From NCBI GenBank assembly GCA_964658305.1, contig OZ210885.1, forward strand, positions 7,812,001-7,876,000: a DNA stretch of 64,000 nt, in the 5' to 3' direction. The stretch is from Leptogorgia sarmentosa (Eukaryota). Both the position numbers and the translations under genes were made by a program. The notes under the pieces are model-generated. The model was not told the DNA's origin, did not search any database, and saw only the letters and a list, made by a program, of their open reading frames with translations. Positions 21,470 to 35,900 of the stretch are shown here, one piece after another. Numbering within the stretch: position 1 is the stretch's first letter; each line of letters begins with the position of its first letter.

Positions 21470-22242
21470 CAGGGTGTATCAAAAAAAAGTTTACTGATGA
21501 AAAAAATTTTCTAAACTAACGAGCGCTCAAAATTTCCAAAAACTTTCGGTAGCATGGGTAGTTTAACACCCTCTGGTATATCTAGCACTAAGTTTATTTT
21601 AAAAACAAACTTTTTTAGAATGGCAAATGTGGTTACTGAAAGGCCCATTAAAAACGGCTTGCGCGGAAAAAATACGTTTTCTTCACACAATTTGATTTAA
21701 TCGGATGAAAATATGGGGTATGATATACAAGCTATTCAAGTTTTGAGAAATTTGGTGCACGCTGAGACGAACGCGCGATGTCCGAAAACTGGATTTTGCG
21801 TTCTTTCCTGCGTGATACCGATTAATTTATGCATAATTGGATATTTGCTTTAATTACCAATGCAAATTGCAAGCTAATTCCCAAAGGTCCGAAATTACGC
21901 GAAGAAATTGCCGAAAATCCAGTTTTCGGAGATCGCGCGTTCGTCTCAGCGTGCACCAAATTTCTCAAAACTTGAATAGCTTGTATATCATACTCCATAT
22001 TTTCATCCGATGAAATCAAATTGTGTGAAGAAAACGTATTTTTTCCGCGCAAGCCGTTTTTAATGGGCCTTTCAGTAACCACATTTCCCATTCTAAAAAA
22101 GTTTGTTTTTAAAATAAACTCAGTGCTAGATATACCAGAGGGTGTTAAACTACCCATGCTAACCGAAAGTTTTTGGAAATTTTGAGCGCTTGTTAGTTTA
22201 GAGAATGTTTTTCATGAGTAAACTTTTTTTTTATACACCCTG
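21470..22242. mobile_element. Tc1/mariner-type fold-back MITE inserted in a tRNA-Thr
   Basis: ~330-bp TIRs starting CAGGGTGTAT, TA on both sides; Thr 5' half follows at 22245-22278 (minus). Confidence 0.88.
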
Positions 22243-22582
22243 TATAGACCAGTGCTCTAACCCCTGAGCTAATGAGGCATGTTGACAACTCCCTGTTGAT
22301 TTCACAAGCTTGCCCATTGAATTTTATTACTTAATTTACCTTTGCTATTCTTCACTAATTCATTCATATTGCAAAATGATTAAAATTATGTCCTGGTTTC
22401 CTATCTTTGACAAACGATTACTCCCAGAGTCGATAAGTCTGTTAGAAGTTCCTCACTTCCTGTTACAAGTTCCTCGCTTATTGACTTCCTGTGTGAAAGT
22501 TATAACTTAAAACCACGAAATGGCACCACAAATTTCGAACAATAATTATCTAATTAAACTGAATTATTTTGTGCATAGGTCA

Positions 22583-22655
22583 GTTTCCGTAGTGTAGTGG
22601 TTATCACATGCGCTTAACACGCGCAAGGTCCTCAGTTCGAACCTGGCCGGAAACA
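22583..22655 (+). tRNA. tRNA-Val(AAC)
   Basis: 73-nt cloverleaf; inverted paralog of 18433-18505. Confidence 0.85.
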
Positions 22656-22796
22656 TACATATGAGCTTTTTTAACTGGAGAAATTTTTTCATTGAAAATT
22701 TTTAGTAAAAAGCCAGAAACATTTTCTTGGTAATATCGAATTTGTGTAAATAGATCAGCTCTGAAAAGAAATGCTCTCAATTTTTGGTAAAATTGT

Positions 22797-22900
22797 TGTC
22801 AGGAGTGGGATTCGAATCCACGACCACATGTGTGGACCAGAACGCCCTATTATGTGAAGGTTGATCGTGACAAGTTTTTGCACTTGAGTCTGGCGCCTTA
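22797..22900 (-). pseudogene. tRNA-Leu(CAA) with intron, 5' end lost
   Basis: Reverse complement of about 3701-3804; last tRNA sequence of the cluster. Confidence 0.78.
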
Positions 22901-23933
22901 ATTAGCATATAACAATCTAAGCATAATTCTTTTTAATACAATTTGTCATTTCGTAATTCGTTCGGAATGTTATTTGCAGTTGGTACTCAATTTATTGCAC
23001 TATCTTTCTTTTCACGTAGATTCTGTAGCAGGAGAAATTTGAAAAAATGCGAGTTGTTACAACAGGCGAGATGCATTACATTTTGCCAAAGGCACGTGAC
23101 GACAAATGAGTTAATCACTTGTGCTAAATACTGTATTAAGGGTGTCAATCCTGTGGAGTCCCCCAATTTTTGGCTTGGGGGGACGACTATATAACTGTCC
23201 CCCACTGTTTACCATTTCTCCTTGTCTTTTACTTGTGACAATAGTAATTATAAAAGTTATACAGCAATATAATACTTAATGTGAGCGATCTTTGATTCGT
23301 ACACCTTAATGACCTTAACAAAGAGGTAGAGTTAAGGTTCTGGAATGGTTCGTTTCCGGCAACGTTTCAGAAACGTTTTCCACCCTAAGAAAATCAGAAG
23401 CCCACAAGTTTGGAGATGTATATTCTTCCTTGTATTCTACCCATTGTGCCTATTACGTAATAATTTCGGTGGAACTTTCAAGTATTTTTCAATATCTCTA
23501 CTTTTGAGATTCCAGAAATACTTCGAATGCTGGTTGTTTTGGTAAAAAATACTCATAATCGAATATTGGTATACAGGGTGTGCCAAAAAACCCCAAACCA
23601 TTGAAATTAACGCATTGTTTGAATTTGAATGCCCTAACAATAAACTAATCCCACGAGTACATGAATGATTATGCAAGCCATTATTTTACTCTATTGAAAT
23701 TTTAGTTCTAATCAATCTGGACGCACAATACAAGTATATCTTAATTTCTTAATCACTGTTTACAGATTTTTGACTTCCAAGGGCTCTCAAATCCCAACAA
23801 TGCGTTATTTTCATTGTATTTTGGGTTTTTTGAGTCTTTATTTTACTTTATATATATTTTAGAGTATTTTTGATTGGAAGAAATATTGATATTGCTACTT
23901 CACATATCCTTGTTTCCACGTTTAATATTCATT

Positions 23934-26900
23934 TCAGACAATGTTGGAATTCCTCTTAAGTCTTGAACCTTTTGGTTCCAGCTGTTTTGAATGCGAGGAT
24001 AACTTATTAAGACGAAGGAAGCAGACCCGACCTCCTTTCAGGCCAACACAAACCATTCCATTTGAGCCACATGCGATGGCTAAAACATACCGGTCGAAAT
24101 GAAATTCTTCAACACATTCTCCATTTTGTAGGTTCCACAGTTTCAGCGTCTTGTTAAAATACGAGCATGACAAAAGAAATTTACCTGGAGTCGCTAATGC
24201 CAACGCTCTGATAAGTTCAGGATTTTGAAGTGGAAATCTGTGGAGAACCTTTCCAGTTATGAAGTCCTTAATCGCCAAAGAACCATGACCTAAAAATGTG
24301 ATTTAAATTTTGTTAATCTGTTAAAGCTATGTTACGCGAGGCAATTTTTGCGATCAATTTTGGATTGATAGCCATGTTTTATATTTATAGTGGCTGTTAG
24401 AACGAAAGATTTTGATAGCATTGCATACCCAATGTTCTTTCCCAAGGCAATTTTGATACAACGTGAGACGTATTTTAATTTGGATGTACAGCCATTTTAT
24501 CGAACCGGCATTTCACGTGAATCAATTTTTGCCATCACTTGCGAGCTGATCTTGGATTGTTAGCCGTGTTATCTAACGACTACGTTATACAGAATAATTA
24601 TTTTGGCACTATTTGTGACGTAATTTTAACTTCATTGTGATTTATGTTGCAGGTATGTTACTCAAAGGAATTTGTCGCAACTGGCAATTTAATTTCGAGT
24701 ACAGAGCTGCCTCTTCAACAGTCGCTTTTATGCTTTCATTAGAAATTAGTAACAGGTGCGGGCGTAAATTTGGGGATGCGTGTCTTGACACCTTGGTAAT
24801 CTTGACACCTCAACTTTCCCGCAAGTGTCAAAACTGCCCGCGCATCTCTGACTTGGATTCCTAATTTCTATTATAAGCATAAAGCGCCTGTGGAGGAGGT
24901 AGGGTCAAGAGGTCACGTTATTTAAGTTGCTGTCTCAGAAATTGTTCACGTAGACCGCTACTCGCTTTTCACAATTCTTGAAATAACATACTAATTAGGA
25001 AATATTAGCAGTGTGAAATATTAACAGGGACATATCTGCACAAATTTCCAGCGAGTCTCATCTAAATAACATAGCTTTAAATCAGACGTTTGGTAACATG
25101 CAGCTAAAACTGCTTGATCTATCAGGTCCTAGCATAGAGGTGGGGGTATTGGTGACCGATACAACCTATGACGCGCTATAGCCCGCCATCTACATTCATT
25201 TTCAGATCTTAGACAATATAGACACAGTAACCTGCGATTTACGCGCACAAATTTCTCAGCAAGTTTCGTGTAAATGACGCAGCTTTAAATCAGACGTTTC
25301 TTTCCAACGGGCGATATAAACTGTCTGTCGTACTACCCAGGGGCAGAGTTTCTGGGGGACGGGGTGTAGGGAAATTGTTCACCCCTTCAAAAAATTGTCA
25401 TCTCCTGTCCCTCCCACAATGCCAATGTACTAACAATAAAGTAGCTATAAAATTAACATGTTTCTACGCGTTTTTGCGGCAAATTAACATGGAAAATCAA
25501 ACACACAAAAATATTTTATTGATGTTCGATCGACACCCTCACTCACACCCTTGCATCTCTCAGTGAAAAACATGAAAATCCGCCCCTGGTAATAAGGGTG
25601 ACCGATACAGCCGACACAAAATTAAAAACCTATGCAGACTAAACTGGGTAATGCTCAAACTTTTCCCGCGAATAATTGGTAGATAACATAGTTTCACGTC
25701 TAACGGGAGGTGAGGTGTTACCGTGAGATTACGCCTACGCGGTTGAAGGCGGAGTGTCATCTACTGCGCTTCTTGTTAAGACAGGTTTATTGATGTAACA
25801 TAAAAGGTCTTGATCAACTGTGTGAATTTTTTTTCGTAACTTTTGATGATTTCGTCACAGAACTCGCCGATGGCTTATATTATATTCACATATTTTATAC
25901 TTTGAAAGGTTTTTAATTGCAATAATCTTGCGTACAGTAGCTTGACGTCGCTTGCTTTGTTGCATGAATCTTAGACGGGAATTTTGCTGGCAGCGCTAGA
26001 GACAGAGCAAATTTCGTTCCTAATTAATATGATGTTTCTTTGATAACGACCGAAGGAATTAAGCCAACGAATAGGTGAGCTAGAAAAAATCGTTGTCATA
26101 CCGCGAGCAAAATTTTGGACCTTCGTTTTGTATTGTATGTTCAGGCAGTTTCTACCACTGTTACATGCACGGTTTTTGTTTTACAACTCTTGATGAATTT
26201 GAGTAGAACTTCCAACAGGCCGATGAAGCAAATAGAGAGGCTAAGATACCCCGGTTCCGGTTTACGGGTACGGCTGCATTTCCCGTTCCAGTACCCGTAA
26301 ACCGGAACCGGGGTATCTTCACCTCTGAAATAACCACAGCTGGCCCAGGTTGCTCGCGCCCGCCTGAAAATTACTAAAAATAATAAGGATGGAGACATTG
26401 CGACCAGAAGAGGCATATGTCACACAAACTATCCTCGATTTTTCGCATTTAAACGTATCTCTTTCCAAATTAATCGATATTCCCAGCAAGAAGGATCCCG
26501 TGGAACTATCAAAATAATCATGCTTTTATCAAATAGCGTAAATTCGCTCTAAAATTCTCGAAGGAATGACAAAATTCGGCAAATATATATATCCGCGTAC
26601 CCACTTTGCTGTGCGATAAACCGGACGTCGTTGAGCTACTCATTAAATTCAAACCTGATTGGGCCGCGAACATTTAACAGTTATTCTGCGACCTTGAGTC
26701 GTATGTGCTATTTCGACAATTTCAGAATCATTTCAGAATCTTATTAAAATAAATGCACAATATACCTTTCTTTAGAACTTACTTAAGATTTCGTTGAAAT
26801 CCAGCATAAAATTAGAACAATATACTCATTTAAATTGTTAGCTACACGTTCGTTATATTTATAGTTCACAAATCGCAATGATTGCGGCCAAAACGCCGGA

Positions 26901-29900
26901 AGTAAAATGTGCTTGCCTAAAACAACAAAGGCTCCGACGTCAAATTATCCATAAACCTACACCGATGTACCTATTAATAAAGTAGCCAGGTTGTGACATC
27001 GTCGACGACAAAAGACACGCACATTTTAAGACTCCGCTGCACGGCTACGTCTACGCAGGGAGGTTAAAAAGTCATTCTTAGGGCCAGTTTATATGATCCC
27101 ACTCACCCGGGATTCAATGAAGCGCAAAATGATTTTGAGGTATTGAAATGAGTCATCATTTATGATTTAAAGAAATGCTAAACTGCTGGTTGCTCAAGAT
27201 TTTGTTCTGCTGAAATATCAAACACGCAAGATGTTGTTGAGCATCAATTTTTGTAAAATATATCTTTTTTGTTGATTTGTACTGAAAGTGTCCAAACTTT
27301 GGGTGTTTTGTTTCATAAACGTTACTCATTTCAATACCTCAAGATCATCTGACGCTTCATTGAATCCCGGTTAAGAGGGATCGTATAAACAGGCCCTTAA
27401 AGTGCAAGCTTGACTTTGCGTGCTGTACGTCACATGTAGGCCCTATGTTGATCACATTTAAAGTGTGCCGCGCTGTAATCTTGGAGGTCACTGATATAAT
27501 GAATGGCCTCAAGTCTCGCCCGGTGATACTTTGCATCACTGTAGCGATAAATAATTTAATAACACAACATTGTCACGACCTTTTATTACGCGTTTGGTGG
27601 AGTTATCGTGAGCGTTGCAGTTTACGACGACAATTCAATTAATGCAACAGCAGCGGCAACAAGTGCCCGCACAGAATGTTGAAGAGTTAAGGGCCGATAA
27701 CATGGAGCATTTTCAACCCCGGGGTTTAAGTCAGCCCTGTTGACAGGGGTTGAAAATGCCTGCACGTGACACCCATCTTGAATTCATAAATATGCGCTAC
27801 TACGCATGCTCGCATAATTTCAACCCAGGGCTGAAACGATGGCAAAATTTCAACTCCGGGTGTAATTTTACCCAGGGCTGAAGTTTCATCCCAGGTATGC
27901 CAAAATGGGTTGAAATTTCAACCCCGGGGTTTAACTTGGCCTTGGGTTGAAACTTTTCTCATGTAATCGCGTGAGTTTTTAATAGGGGTTTATAATGGAG
28001 GCAGGCATGAATTTTCAGCCCTGTCAACAGCGCTGACTTTAACCCCCCGGGTTGAAAATGTTCCATGTAATCGGCCCCTAAGCTAATGTTTTTGTATCTG
28101 CGAATTCGCAGATACTATGCTATGACCCTGTTAGCTGTTAGCTAGCTGTTAGCTGTTAGCTTCTAACCAATCAGCGACGAGTTTTTGCTTAAAATGACGT
28201 GATGCAAGATGGCGACCTTCAAGGAGTGAAGGCGATGTTTCGATGGGATTTTTGCGAAAATGTGAAGTGCAGTGTTTAAGTACGACGCTTTAAGCAAACA
28301 ATCTTGACTTTGCAGGTCCTTGTCAATGTGCAGTTGTAATTTAACAAAGCATTTGAAACGGGAGCGTGCTGTTTTATCGGCGTTTAGATTTGTAAATTGA
28401 AAATGCGTACAGAGCACTATACAGATGGCCCACTCATGAACGGTTTTGTCACAGCATGCTATATAGAAACTGGATACGTTCTGTTGAAGTAGCCCAATCA
28501 GCAGCGAGATGCTTTTGTTGTTCCTGTTCGCAGGTTAAATCTAATCATATTCAAGATGGCGGTCAAAATTGAAATAAGGCCAAAACGATATAATTAAATA
28601 ATTTATTGACATTTACTTGTGATATTAGGTAATCTCACAATATTCATTATAAAGCCATAGTTTTATGCATATTGGAGGCACAAAGAAAGTTTTTTTGCAA
28701 TGATCGAATTTGTTCGTATTTTTCACGAAAGAGGCGAAGGAGGAAGGTGAGAAATGCTGTATTTGATAAGACAGCACGGTGATTGAGGAAATCTGTTTGA
28801 GTATAGTTCTATGTTTTAATCTTTTGTGCTAATATATCGTTTAGTTATTTAATATATAAATATAGGGATTTATTAATGGTTAGCGTTAGCTTGGGGGTTC
28901 GATTAGTTTCATATTTAGGGTTAGCTTTACCTTTAGTTTAGGTTCATTTATTGTTTGCAAACCAATACCTCAGTGATAGATTTAGGGGCAACCTGGACTT
29001 TTTAGCAGGTCCGATTGCGCTTTCCGACGACTCATCCCTCAGTTCTGCTTCACCATTCGCAGATGCATGTGCGCTTTGCGAACCTATTTTTCTTCTAGTT
29101 TTCCAATGTTATTCACTCGAAACTTCAGCTAATACTCGATGAATTACGCGATCACAACTTGTGCAATTGAGACTAGAAAATAAAATAATAACAATGAAAT
29201 TATTTACCTGATATAGCCACAAGGTTGTCAGAATTGTTAATCCTTAAAACTTTCTCTGTATAGAAATGACTGATGCTTTCTCTCTCGGTTCCGTTCAAGT
29301 TCCACTTTGTGATTCGGTCTTCAGCTTCAGTACTATCTAGTGCATTCTTGTAAGCACAAAAAAGAGAGTTGTGGACCACGCGAATTGTTTGGATTCTCCC
29401 CATCAAGACGTATTCGTACCTATGCACGACACCATTTTCATTTACCCGATCAATCTGTCAAAATTATCAAAAAACGGCTCAATATAACCTCTTTCCATTA
29501 AATATTTTCTCACCAATTCACAAAATGTTATTCAGTTATAAATGCTTATCATTATGTATTTTGAATTCGTGATTCCGATTCGGACGCGTAATTTTCAGAA
29601 TCGCAATTCTTGAATTTATTTTACATAATATAGGTATTTTAAGTGAATGAAGGCAAGGGGGTAAATCATGGAGGGGGGGGGGGGGGAGGATGAAACACGT
29701 GACCTACTTTTTCGGCTGAGGGGATGGATGTGTTATCCCCTCACTTTTTAACAGTAAATTCACGGACGATCTATCAAGTAAACTGTCCTTTATGTGTGTA
29801 AACCTAAATGAAGTGTTGCGTTTCGTAATTACAATGCAAATGTAAATTTCATCATTCACGTTTATTAGAACAATTCTTGCTAAATTATTGCAATATGCGC

Positions 29901-32900
29901 GGAAAACGAGTGCAATTTTGCCAAACACGAGTGCAATTTTTCATGAATACTTTGCGAGCAAATGTAATTTACTAATAGCGTCATTGTATATCACACAGTT
30001 ACACAGTGCGCAAAGTCAAACAAAAATTAAGAAAACCAAAAATGTTAACGTTATTTTACAAGGTTGTTTTTCCAATTTTTAACGTTGGGTCAATCAGTGT
30101 CAACGTAATTGACTAAAATCAATACGAACATGAAAATCAACTGTATTCACAATGTTGATGTCTATTATGCCCTTGCTAAAAAATCCTTAAGTTGCTACGC
30201 ATGCAATGAAGGTTACAAGTGAACAATTAAGCAGATTCGTTAATTAATATAATTCGCTTCATAATGAAAGCCATCATCAAATAAAATATACGCATGAGGA
30301 CTCTGACAATACTAAATCCTGAATTTAGTCATTTCCCAAGTATGGACATTCGAGCAATTTCAACAGATCTTGACCTTGCATGTTATACTATATTAAGACA
30401 CAATTCATGCCATGGAGCAAAATTGGAATTCATAATTGAGTTTAGGACTTCTGGTGGACAAGTTATTTTGGATGATTGACTGTCATTCATTTTTACTTGC
30501 GCCATCCTTTCTTATAGAAAACTTTATATCCATAACCATAATCAAAGGCTCCTTCTTGTATTCATTTAAGCGTGTCTTCTCTTGATAGGGACTTTTGAGA
30601 ATTGGATTGCGAATTTTCTGTTGTAATTTAGGCAAACATCCGAGCATGCATAAAATTAATTGCTCATCACTCAGGAACAACGCATAAGTTTCCGGACATC
30701 TCTGGTTATATCAGCGTGCACCAAATTTCTCAAAGCTCGATACTAAAACCTATTCTCCGTATATTGACCCGATTAAATCAAATCGCGTCAGTCATCTTCA
30801 TTTTTTGTGTGGGAGCCAATTTTAATTAACGTGCCTTAGATTTTAAAATAAATTGAGTTTGAGATGTTTGAGATAAAAATCGAAAACTACGGCCGCAGCT
30901 TAATTATTAAAATCTTTACATAAAGAAGGGGCATTAAACTTAAAATTCAGCAGTGGCCACTAGGGAAGACCCTCGACAGAACGAACCGCAAATGGCGCAG
31001 TGCATATAACGCGAAAATCCGTCAATATGCTTTTAGCTCAGTTACACCAATAATTGCGTGCAAATTATGAAAATTTCGGGAACATTATTCCAGAAATCAG
31101 GTAAGAAAAAGCAAAACGAGTACGAATAGAAGCTGTATGAATACCACCTCTGGTGAAGCTTCGCATTTACGCAATAGGTTCTCTTCACTATTGAAGAAAA
31201 ATTTGGCGGTTGGGACAATGCCTATAAGTGCTATTAATACGCCAATCAAAACAGTATTAACAGCAAGTAATAAATGACCGCCACTTATACAAGTGGTGCT
31301 TTGTATAAGGGAAACCTGGATGGCCATTAAATATCAATCGAATTCCAAAAAACGTCAGAATCAGGTGCTTGACAAAAAATATTAAACTAGCAATTCAAGG
31401 ATAGTGCATGCAAAGTTTCTGCGAAGATATCGAGCTAAAGCTGATGTTAGACTGGACGTTTTTCGATGCTTGGCAGCCTTTCCTGTAGTGATGCGAATTG
31501 CCGTTAAAAATCATTCCATGAATAGAAATTTAGTGTATTAACAATTTTGGGCCAAAGTTAAATTTATTTTTGTTCGTCTCCATATGTAGTTTACTTCTAT
31601 TTGCGGAATTGAAGAATCTCTGAGTCGCTATTATCAATGTAAACAATTTGGACAAGAAACCCCCAAGTTTACTGAAGCTGTCGTCTATTTTATATCAGTT
31701 ATCATGAATCATATCGTCTCTCCAATCGACTAAAATAGATTACAAGGCAAACTAAGCGAGCGAGTTAATTTGATTATAGTAAATTATTCTTTCACACTGG
31801 GAGTACATGGGAATATTAATTCCAGCTAGGTCGCGACTATGCCGAGAACAAATGGAAACAAATAATGAATGTATAATCAAATAAATGCCTGAAGCAAATA
31901 CATCGGCCATTATATATCAATCGTATGAACTGAATTTGAAATTATGGTTTTCTTGTTGTGACGAGTTTATTATGTTACTGCATCAAGTGTACCCTCAAGG
32001 CAAAGACGGCAAACTAAAAAAATGTTTGCACATTTATGATATCCACGCTAGCAGTAGATAGTATGGGTTATGGCCGTTTTTGTTCACGACAAACCTAGCT
32101 ATACATGTTTTCTAGGTTCATGGCAGATATTCAAATAATCAAATAACATTTTAATCGCTTTGGCAACATATTCAAACATTGTTCAAACTTTGCAACATTA
32201 GCTATAATTATTTATTCAAGGTCCCACTCTTTAGCGTCCGCCATATTGTGTGTAGTAGTAGTAGTAGTTTATTTTTTTTGCCAATTAATTGATATGTAGC
32301 TATTTACGATGTAGATGAAGAAAAAAAGGAAAAGATGGCGAGCAGATGAAAAGCTTTTTATTTTTCGATTTTGCCTCAAGAAGGATGAGCTTTTTATTAT
32401 TTATAGTTTAATTGTTCAATTGAATGCAATGAAAAGCACACGAGTTCAAAGGAACGAACACAAGTCTTGGACAGAAGCTCTTCACAGGGAGTTACTTCCC
32501 TTCAACAATAATTTAGGACGAAAGTCCTTTTGCTCGAAACGTTGAGTTCTTTTTTTTCAGGTATCGTGCTCACCATTTGACGAGTTCTAATGGATTGTGA
32601 CCACACGTCAGATCTAATCTAGATGCGATTCTTGTAACAATGATATGAACACACCATGTAATATTATTCATATTTTCATCGTGCACGGAGCAATGCGACA
32701 CATCAGCTAAACATGGGCAGAAATATGCGACATTGGAGTCCACGTGCTCAGTTAATTTCATATTGACTGCAATTCAGCGGCACTAATAACCAGTAGAAAA
32801 CAACCTTTGCGAATAGAATCTACCAAAACCTCGCCAATTGACGACAGCTTTAGAACTTGGCAAAGTTATTTTACTGTTCTGAAAATGTATTTTCTACAAA

Positions 32901-35900
32901 AAACACATGATGGTGGGAAAAAGAAGTTGTGGTGCCTTCGCATCTCGAAATTTGTTCGGTGTATGCCCTGACATAGACTGAGGCTTTTTTCCGTAGAAAA
33001 TGTTATTTATCACGACCATTATTAACTTGTGTATAATGCATTGCAAGCAGTTAGACTTTTGTTCAAGGACGAGATTTCTTTTTACCTGATCGCTCGATTT
33101 CTAACTGATGTTATTCGCAATATATATATTCTTATAAGAACTTCCTTCGCATAGTTTAACTATTAAGGTTTTACGGTCTTTTGGTACAATATAGAATGGA
33201 TTTCCCTAATATTGCATATTAAAATTCGGTTTTTTTAATTATAGCTTCGGGTTATTGCGTCTCGCACATTCCTGGTAATGAAACAAACATCCAGGAAGAA
33301 AAAAAACTATTCATTTGGTTGAGTTCTTCCAGATATGGTTTGAACAATGGGGATTTTTTCCGAATTTGCCTCCCAATTTTCAAAATAAAGATTGGGACGA
33401 AGTTAATTTGCAATAATTCTAGAAACGCTTCATAATGTGTATGTGCATGTGCTGTTTCACATCATGAAATTTGAATTGCAGCTCAACCTACAACAAGTAA
33501 CACGCCCAAAAATAACATTTGAAAATCTCGTTCGGAAAATGATATACATACCTTTTTGCCAGAAGCAACTATGACATCATCCGTGCGGGGCACGAATTCT
33601 AACGCGGTAATGGGATCCGAACAAATGTTGTCATGTGACCATATTAACGTCGGCAAGTTTTCTTCAACTTTCCAAAGCTTCACAGACCCACCGATAGACC
33701 CCGATACAAAGCGACGTGAGCGATCATGACCTCCTACCTCGCCGTTAACTTGAGAAATAGCATCCTTGTGTGCTGGGAATTTCAACTGCGAGTTATTGTT
33801 AAATTGGAACCATAACAGTTCTCCGTCATCACAACCAAGCAATGCATAGTTTGAACCAAGAGCAGTAATGCAGGTAACTTTAACTTCTGGTTGACCCAAA
33901 TTAATGCTGGTCTCGATATCATTAAAAGTTGTTAGTTCGATCCTGTTTGCCTCGTCAACAAAAACGAAACGGACATCATCACTTAATAAGCAGACAAAAC
34001 GTATGGCGGCTCCAGATTCGGTCTTTGCGAATTGAACTATTTTAGAACACTCCATGTCGACCAGCGACAATGTTCCCGAACTGCTTCCAGACAGAGCAAA
34101 TTTACCATTTGATGTGCTGTCAATTGCCGTAACTATCGAGTCGTCAGGGTGACCTGAAAGAAGTAAAACGTTTAATTAAAGTCATTTGAAGTTGTCAAGT
34201 ATATCGGTTAATATTTCATAAGTACAGCAAATCAGTGAATAACACAAATTACCATAAACGTTTACGCCGGGCTCCGCTTTTTGCGAGTAATACTCAAAGA
34301 AATTAACATATAATTTTGATGGGGGAACAACATATTTTTCGGAAAGATAAGCTTGAAATTCAAATTTCAAGATACTTAGACAACAATCGATCATTGTTGA
34401 AATCTTTCAGCTTGAACGAGTGGCTTTTGAATTCGTTTCATCATCTTGGATGTTTTGGCAATCCATAGCCACTCTGATTTTCAAGTTACAAAATCAATAA
34501 AGTGACTGTATTATCGAAACAGTGGTGTACGTTTAGTGTTGAACTGAGGTTTATCGTACACCAATATGTCCCAAGAGTAAAATACATAATATGCCGCGGT
34601 TGGTACCAAAATGTGGAGCGAGAAAGAATTTTTCTCGAGATGCAGCCTTTTCCTTTAGATATGTCGTAAGTCCGAGACTCTATTCATCAGCAAACGAGCC
34701 TTGCCAAAAAGCAACACGTGAAAATTTAAATTCAGAATGGCTGAGACCCCTTACGAGGAGAGATGCTTGTTGAAAAAAGTCGGATGATTTAGATGGTTTC
34801 GACAGTTGGACTATGTTTCTCAGTACCAGCTGTTTATGGCATTTTGATTTTGATGAGAAAACGCTGAGGGATATGGGGGTATTGATGAATTCTGAGGACA
34901 TTGTTCGTACAACCGCTTGGAAGATAGCGCGGCCTCAAATGTCCGCGAATTCTGGCTATGGTGCGGACTAACAATAAACAGTTATTGGATGAGGCTGAGC
35001 ATGATATCAAGAATTATTCAGACCGAGGTCAATGTTATCTGCCGAAGCGAAGCTGAGGCGGATAACATTGACCGAGGTCTGAATAATTCTTGATATCATG
35101 CGAAAGCCGAATCCAATAATTGTTTTATTATACATTTAAAAGACACGGTAATTTGGAGAGTTCACTTTCATTCAGCGAAGCAAATCTGCTTCTGGCCATT
35201 GTTTGCTTGTTTTTTCGCGCGCTTTTAGCTTCAAGCTTTTGACAGCGCTGGGGCTTGGGCACGAGAGAGTCCAATAATTTTTTTTTTGGATGCAAGTTCG
35301 ATCCAAAAAAATAATTATTGGACGCCGATGACGTCATCGGCGGATAATACGTAATAAATGCCGAATACTGAGAATTAGCCGGTGCTTTCTGACCAATCAG
35401 GAACGAGAATAAATATTAAATGTATAATAATAGATATAACTGAATTAATCTTGATAAGGTCAAAATATACATAACATATAATGCAAATAAATTGAAAAGG
35501 ATGACGGGAAAAAATTCTTGATCAGCTAAAGCATCGATGTGCTGCAACTCCTATAGGATTTCTATCAGTGGCGTAGCGAAGCCATGCCGATAGGGGGGGG
35601 GGGTGTAAAGCAAAATGTTTTACCGACCTAAACAGGTTTGGGCACGACAGGGCCAGATTATTTGGTGGGGAGGGTGAGTCTCACGAGACGCCACCATGGT
35701 TGGCGTCGAGCGAGAAAATTTTGTGAATTTAGAGCCTGTAGATCGCCGGAAACGGGCATTTCAGAGTGTTAACCAAAGCCTTAACACTCAGAATAGAGTC
35801 TAGAGGTCTTAGATGTTGTACAACCACAGTTTGCGAATTAATCGCACACGTACATAGACAACAGACATATACTTTTACATATTTTACTTTTCTGCTCTCT

